Assembly: GCF_902713615.1 (NCBI RefSeq)
Contig: NW_024055452.1
Location: 1 to 38,810 of the forward strand
DNA from: Scyliorhinus canicula
Lineage: Eukaryota
Reading direction: 5' to 3'
Length of the DNA: 38,810 nucleotides
Shown here: positions 32,165-38,810 of the stretch, piece after piece
Position numbering within the stretch: position 1 is the stretch's first letter
Layout: each line of letters opens with the position of its first letter
Translations under genes and position numbers: made by a program
The notes under the pieces: model-generated
The model's database searches: none
What the model saw: only the letters and a program-made list of their open reading frames with translations
What the model was told of the DNA's origin: nothing

Positions 32165-32258
32165 TCTCCTTTTGAGAGCTGACTGGTGGTGATTTAACCT
32201 GAGGGTCACCACACCTCAGGCCAGGGCAAAGGTTGAGAATGGGAGTCTTTATCAATAA
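32165..32258 (-). mobile_element. 3' half of a tRNA-derived SINE split by the CR1 insertion (5' half at 34965-35040)
   Basis: Joining ...TCAATAA to TAACCTCAGCCGG... rebuilds the SINE seen intact at 5955-6150. Confidence 0.8.
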
Positions 32259-34964
32259 GGTGGTGTTGCTCTGTTATTTAAGGATGACATCCGGGCAATA
32301 GTAAGGGATGACATCGGTGCTATGGAAGATAAGGTTGAATCCATTTGGGTGGAAATCAGGAATAGTAAGGTGAAAAAGTCACTGATAGGAGTAGTCTATC
32401 GGCCACCAAATAGTAACGAGATGGTGGGGCAGGCAATAAACAAAGAAATAACTGATGCATGTAGAAATAGTACAGCAGTTATCATGGGGGATTTTAATCT
32501 ACATGTCGATTGGTTTAACCAGGTCGGCCAAGGCAACCGTGAGGAGGAGTTTATAGAATGTATCCGCGATAGTTTCCTAGAACAGTATGTAATGGAACCT
32601 ACGAGGGAACAAGCGGTCCTAGATCTTGTCCTGTGTAATGAGACAGGATTGATTCATGATCTCATAGTTAGGGATCCTCTCGGAAGGAGCGATCACAATA
32701 TGGTGGAATTTAAAATACAGATGGAGGGTGAGAAAGTAAAATCAAATACTAGTGTTTTGTGTTTAAACAAAGGAGATTACAAGGGGATGAGAGAAGAACT
32801 AGCTAAGGTAGACTGGGAGCTAAGACTTTATGGTGGAACAGTTGAGGAACAGTGGAGAACCTTCCAAGCAATTTTTCACAGTGCTCAGCAAAGGTATATA
32901 CCAACAAAAAGGAAGGACGGAAGAAAGAGGGAAAATCGACCGTGGATATCTAAGGAAATAAAGAGAGTATCAAATTGAAGGAAAAAGTGGCAAAGATTGC
33001 TGGGAGATTAGAGGACTGGGAAATTTTAGGGGACAACAGAAAGCTACTAAAAAAGCTATAAAGAAGAGTAAGATAGAGTATGAGAGTAAACTTGCTCAGA
33101 ATATAAAAACAGACAGTAAAAGTTTTTACAAATATATAAGACAAAAAAGAGTGGCTAAGGTAAATATTGGTCCTTTAGAGGATGAGAAGGGAGTTTTAAT
33201 AATGGGAAATGAGGAAATGGCTGAGGAACTGAAAGGTTTTTTGGGTCGGCCTTCACAGTGGAAGACACAAATAACATGCCAGCGACTGATAGAAATAAGG
33301 CTATGACAGGTGAGGACCTTGAGAGGATTGTTATCACTAAGGAGGGAGTGATGGGCAAGCTAATGGGGCTAAAGGTAGACAAGTCTCCTGGCCCTGATGG
33401 AATGCATCCCAGAGTGCTAAAAGAGATGGCTAGGGAAATTGCAGATGCACTAGTGATAATTTACCGAAATTCACTAGACTCTGGGGTGGTCCCGGTGGAT
33501 TGGAAATTAGCAAACGTGACGCCACTGTTTAAAAAAGGAGGTAGGCAGAAAGCAGGAAATTATAGGCCAGTGAGTTTAACTTCGGTAATAGGGAAGATGC
33601 TGGAATCTATCATCAAGGAAGAAATTGCGAGGCATCTGGATAGAAATTGTCCCATTGGGCAGACGCAGCATGGGTTCGTTAAAGGCAGGTCATGCCTAAC
33701 TAATTTAGTGGAATTTTTTGAGGACATTACCAGTGCAGTAGATAACGGGGAGCCGATGGATGTGGTATATCTGGATTTCCAGAAAGCCTTTGACAAGGTG
33801 CCACACAAAAGGTTGCTGCATAAGATAAAGATGCATGGCATTAAGGGTAAAGTAGTAGCATGGATAGAGGATTGGTTAATTAATAGAAAGCAAAGAGTGG
33901 GGATTAATGGGTGTTTCACTGGTTGGCAATCAGTAGCTAGTGGTGTCCCTCAGGGATCCGTGTTGGGCCCACAATTGTTCACAATTTACTTTGATGATTT
34001 GGAGTTGGGGACCAAGGGCAATGTGTCCAAGTTTGCAGATGACACTAAGATGAGTGGTAAAGCGAAAAGTGCAGAGGATACTGGAAGTCTGCAGAGGGAT
34101 TTGGATAGGTTAAGTGAATGGGCTCGGGTCTGGCAGATGGAATACAATGTTGACAAATGTGAGGTTATCCATTTTGGTAGGAATAACAGCAAACGGGATT
34201 ATTATTTAAACGATAAAATATTAAAGCATGCCGCTGTTCACAGAGACTTGGGTGTGCTAGTGCATGAGTCACAGAAGGTTGGTTTACAAGTGCAACAGGT
34301 GATTAAGAAGGCAAATGGAATTTTGTCCTTCATTGCTAGAGGGATGGAGTTTAAGACTAGGGAGGTTATGTTGCAATTGTATAAGGTGTTAGTGCGGCCA
34401 CACCTGGAGTATTGTGTTCAGTTTTGGTCTCCTTACTTGAGAAAGGACGTACTGGCGCTGGAGGGTGTGCAGAGGAGATTCACTAGGTTAATCCCAGAGC
34501 TGAAGGGGTTGGATTATGAGGAGAGGTTGAGTAGACTGGGACTGTACTCGTTGGAATTTAGAAGGATGAGGGGGGATCTTATAGAAACATTTAAAATTAT
34601 GAAGGGAACAGATAGGATAGATGCGGGCAGGTTGTTTCCACTGGCGGGTGACAGCAGAACTAGGGGGCATAGCTTCAAAATAAGGGGAAGTAGATTTAGG
34701 ACTGAGTTTAGGAGGAACTTCTTCACCCAAAGGGTTGTGAACCTATGGAATTCCTTGCCCAGTGAAGCAGTTGAGGCTCCTTCATTACATGTTTTTAAGG
34801 TAAAGATAGATAGTTTTTTGAAGAATAAAGGGATTAAGGGTTATGGTGTTCGGGCCGGAAAGTGGAGCTGAGTCCACAAAAGATCAGCCATGATCTAATT
34901 GAATGGTGGAGCAGGCTCGAGGGGCCAGATGGCCTACTCCTGCTCCTAGTTCTTATGTTCTTAT
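32259..34964 (+). mobile_element. 5'-truncated CR1 LINE in the presumed J-CH1 intron; ORF2 frameshifted near 32970 and 33230; RT region 33258-34871 open
   Basis: Starts at the GGVAL APE motif; YRPP, GDFN, SDH, PGPDG, FADD motifs; tail TTCTTATGTTCTTAT. Confidence 0.93.
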
Positions 34965-35045
34965 TAACCTCAGCCGGTGCAGCAATTGAACCCGCGCTGC
35001 TGGGATTGATCTTCATCACGAACCAGCCGCCCAGCTGACTGTGCC

Positions 35046-35506
35046 GTGTACGTCACAATCCAGCTAACTGAGCTGGGTACGTCACAATCCAGCAAACTGA
35101 GCTGTGTACGTCACAATCCAGCAAACTGAGCTGTGTATGTCACAATCCAGCTCACTGAGCTGTGTACGTCACAATCCAGCTAACTGAGCTGTGTACGTCA
35201 AAGTCCAGCTAACTGAGCTGTGTACGTCACAGTCCAGCTGACTGAGCTGTGAACGTCACAATCCAGCTGACTGAGTTGTGTACGTCACAATCCAGCTGAC
35301 TGAGTTGTGTACGTCACAATCCAGCTGACTGAGTTGTGTACGTCACAATCCAGCTGACTGAGCAGTGTACGTCACAATCCAGTTGACTGCGCTGTGTACG
35401 TCACAATCCATCTAACTGAGCTGTGTACGTCACAATCCAGCTGACTGAGTTGTGTACGTCACAATCCAGCTAACTGAGCTGTGGACGTCACAATCCAGCT
35501 AACTGA
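35046..35506. repeat. 29-bp minisatellite, about 16 copies, AGCT-rich
   Basis: Unit GTGTACGTCACAATCCAGCT(A/G)ACTGAGCT; TACGTC recurs at 35165 and 35194. Confidence 0.93.
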
Positions 35507-36039
35507 ATGCACATTTATATAATTACAATAAAACTCTACATTTGAGTAATTGCAACAGTCTCTAATTTTAGGATCCTGCACATTAACAGCAGGAGTCGGC
35601 CATTCGGTCTATCGAGTCTCCTCCCCATTCAGTAAGCTACTGCCTGTGTTGATTGTGCAGTTTCACATTCCGCCTGTCACTGAGACCGGGCTGTCTGCAA
35701 TCCCCCCGCACCCCGCCCCGCGCTCCCTGTGCGTTCCCCCATCTCTCTGCCGTTCCCGCTGGATTTCTGTACCTTTCTCCTGGTCCCTTCACTTTCTTTT
35801 AGCTCTCTGCTCTATTTCACGGCCCTCTGCGCTTTCCTCCGCACCTCTGCACTTTCTCTCGACTCGGCATTGTCATCCTGCTCTTTGTGTTTTGCCCATG
35901 TGTGCTGCACTTTTCCCAGTTCTTTATGCTTTTCCCGGTTCCTGGCACTTTGTGCGGGATTTCTGAGCTTTTCACCCGCACGATTCGCTTTACCCCGATT
36001 CTTATCGCTTATGACCCACTCCATGGATTTTCCTCCGGC

Positions 36040-36165
36040 TCTCTGCTACTCCACCGGCTCTCTGCACCTTCCCCCGGCTCTCTGCCCCTTCCCCCGGCTC
36101 TCTACTCCTCCCCCCGGCTCTCTGCGCCTTCCCCCGGCTCTCTGCACTTTCCTCCGGCTCCGGGC
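36040..36165. repeat. 20-bp pyrimidine-rich tandem repeat, about 6 copies
   Basis: Unit approximately CCCCCGGCTCTCTGCxCCTT within a C/T-rich tract at about 35700-36260. Confidence 0.8.
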
Positions 36166-36274
36166 AATCCTGTGTCATGCAGCGACATTCGGGCGCCACT
36201 CGTCATCACTTTCGCTCCAGTTCTCTATTCCTCCCCCGTTGCAGACGCTCCCTTGCCCATTTCCTAAGCATCAG

Positions 36275-38810
36275 TGAGAGAGGATGTGTGAGTAAGTGAG
36301 GAGGGTAGGAGAGTGAGTGTGGGTGAGTGAGTGAGGGTAGGAGAGTGAGTGTGGGTGAGTGAGTAACTGAGTGAGGGTAGGAGAGTGAGTGCGGGTGAGT
36401 GAGTAACTGAGTGAGTGTAGGAGAGTGAGTGAGTAACTGAGTGAGTGAAGGAGAGTGAGTGAGTAACTGAGTGAGGGTGGGAGAGTGATTGCGCGTGAGT
36501 GAGTAACTGGGTGAGGGTAGGAGAGTGAGTGCGTGTGAGTGAGTAACTGAGTGAGGATAGGAGAGTGAGTGCGGGTGAGTGAGTAACTGAGTGAGGGTAG
36601 GAGAGTGAGTGCGGGTGAGTGAGTAACTGAGTGAGGATAGGAGAGTGAGTGTGGGTGAGTGAGTAACTGAGTGAGGGTAGGGGAGTGAGTGTGGGCGAAT
36701 GAGTAACCGAGTGAGGGTAGGAGAGTGAGTACGGGCGAGTGAGTAACTGAGTGAGAGTAGGAGAGTGAGTGCCGTTGAGTGAGTAACTGAGTGAGGGTAG
36801 GAGAGTGAAGGTGGGTGAGTGAGTAACTGAGTGAGGGTAGGAGAGTGAGTGTGGGCGAATGAGTAACTGAGTGAGGGTAGGAGAGTGAGTGTGGGCGAAT
36901 GAGTAACTGAGTGAGGGTAGGAGAGTGAGTGTGGGCTGTGAGTAACTGAGTGAGGGTAGGAGAGTGAGTGTGGGCTGTGAGTAACTGAGTGAGGGTAGGA
37001 GAGTGAGTGTGGGTGAGTGGGTAACTGAGTGAGGGTAGGAGAGTGAGTGTGGGTGAGTGAGTAACTGAGTGAGGGTAGGGTAGTGACTGTGGGTGAGTGG
37101 GTAACTGAGTGAGGGTAGGGGAGTGAGTGTGGGTGAGTGAGTAACTTAGTGAGGGTAGGAGAATGAGTGTGGGTGAGTGAGTAACTGAGTGAGGGTAGGA
37201 GAGTGAGTGTGGGTGAGTGAGTAACTGAGTGAGGGTGGGAGAGTGAGTGCGGGTGAGTGAGTAACTGAGTGAGGGTAGGAGAGTGAGTGCAGGTGAGTGA
37301 GTAACTGAGTGAGGGTAGGAGAATGAGTGCGGGTGAGTGAGTAACTGAGTGAGGGTAGGAGAATGAGTGCGGGTGAGTGAGTAACTGAGTGAGGGTAGGA
37401 GAGTGAGTGTGGGTGAGTGAGTAACTGAATGAAGGTAGGAGAGTGAGTGTGGGTGGGTGAGTAACTGAGTGAGGGTAGAAGAGTGAGTGCGAGTGAGTGA
37501 GTAACTGAGTGAGAGTAGGAGAGTGAGTGTGGGTGAGTGAGTAACTGAGTAACGGTTGGAGTGTGGATGAGTGGGAGAGAATGGGTGGTTGATGGAGTGA
37601 GGGTAAATGGGTGAGGGTATGTCACTGAGGGTGGATGGGTCTGGATGGGTGAGGGGCAGAGAGTGAGAGGTGGAGAATAAATGAGGCTGGCTGAGTGAGG
37701 CTGGGAGGGTGAGTTTGTGAGTGAAGGTGTGCAGTGAACATGAGAGTGAAGGTGACTGAGTGAGGGAGGGTGAGGGAGTGTGAATGAATGAGAGTGCATT
37801 AGTGAGGGTGAATGAGTGAGGGTGAATGAGTGAGGGTAGGAGAGTGAGTGTGGGTGAGTGAGTAACTGAGTGAGGGTAGGAGAGTGAGTGCGGGTGAGTG
37901 AGTAACTGAGTGAGGGTAGGAGAGTGAGTGAGTAACTGAGTGAGGGTGGGAGAGTGAGTGCGCGTGAGTGAGTAACTGAGTGAAGATAGGAGAGTGAGTG
38001 CGGGTGAGTGAGTAACTGAGTGAGGATAGGAGAGTGAGTGCGGGTGAGTGAGTAACTGAGTGAGGGTAGGAGAGTGAGTGCGGGTGAGTGAGTAACTGAG
38101 TGAGGATAGGAGAGTGAGTGTGGGTGAGTGAGTAACTGAGTGAGGGTAGGGGAGTGAGTGTGGGCGAATGAGTAACCGAGTGAGGGTAGGAGAGTGAGTG
38201 CGGGTGAGTGAGTAACTGAGTGAGAGTAGGAGAGTGAGTGCGGTTGAGTGAGTAACTGAGTGAGGGTAGGAGAGTGAAGGTGGGTGAGTGAGTAACTGAG
38301 TGAGGGTAGGAGAGTGAGTTTGGGCGAATGAGTAACTGAGTGAGGGTAGGAGAGTGAGTGTGGGCGAATGAGTAACTGAGTGAGGGTAGGAGAGTGAGTG
38401 TGGGCTGTGAGTAACTGAGTGAGGGTAGGAGAGTGAGTGTGGGCTGTGAGTAACTGAGTGAGGGTAGGAGAGTGAGTGTGGGTGAGTGGGTAACTGAGTG
38501 AGGGTAGGAGAGTGAGTGTGGGTGAGTGAGTAACTGAGTGAGGGTAGGGGAGTGACTGTGGGTGAGTGGGTAACTGAGTGAGGGTAGGGGAGTGAGTGTG
38601 GGTGAGTGAGTAACGTAGTGAGGGTAGGAGAATGAGTGTTGGTGAGTGAGTAACTGAGTGAGGGTAGGAGAGTGAGTGTGGGTGAGTGAGTAACTGAGTG
38701 AGGGTGGGAGAGTGAGTGCGGGTGAGTGAGTAACTGAGTGAGGGTAGGAGAGTGAGTGCAGGTGAGTGAGTAACTGAGTGATGGTAGGAGAATGAGTGCG
38801 GGTGAGTGAG
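36275..38810. repeat. 40-bp minisatellite in two blocks separated by a degenerate spacer (about 37556-37824); runs off the window end
   Basis: Unit GAGTGAGTGTGGGTGAGTGAGTAACTGAGTGAGGGTAGGA; AGTAACTGAG recurs at 37861 and 37901. Confidence 0.95.

Noticed and set aside
35550-37799. ORFs of 126-217 aa in the pyrimidine-rich and 40-bp repeat tracts
   Set aside because: Low-complexity translations of minisatellites with no domain signal.
31810-38810. V, D or J segments or recombination signal sequences
   Set aside because: No WGxG J motif, V framework or heptamer-spacer-nonamer recognised by eye; they probably lie beyond the window. A formal RSS scan was not run.

Overview
Eukaryotic DNA from a shark (elasmobranch), not a prokaryote. 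The minus strand carries the complete constant region of one IgM heavy-chain cluster: CH1 31510-31809, CH2 30996-31304, CH3 30065-30373, CH4 plus secretory tail 27802-28193, TM1 12731-12858 and TM2 12584-12592. All exons are in frame with canonical splice sites; no V, D or J segment was seen, so they should lie beyond the right end. Downstream of the IgM lie a 9-finger C2H2 zinc-finger gene (minus strand), ZNF relics and many SINE/LINE fragments. The main feature is the 15-kb CH4-TM1 intron. It holds one ~11.9-kb antisense CR1-type LINE insertion bounded by a 7-bp direct repeat, whose 5' end is a 7.7-kb array of 58 full and 1 partial 131-bp monomers. Nearly every monomer carries a perfect immunoglobulin octamer (ATTTGCAT), a CAGCTG E-box, a kB-like site and 8 WGCW AID hotspots. 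The presumed J-CH1 intron contains a SINE-seeded, AGCT-dense 29-bp minisatellite and a 40-bp minisatellite with a 1469-bp higher-order duplication. Exon, array and target-site-duplication (TSD) coordinates were counted by hand; old repeat-fragment boundaries are approximate, and all functional claims are inference.
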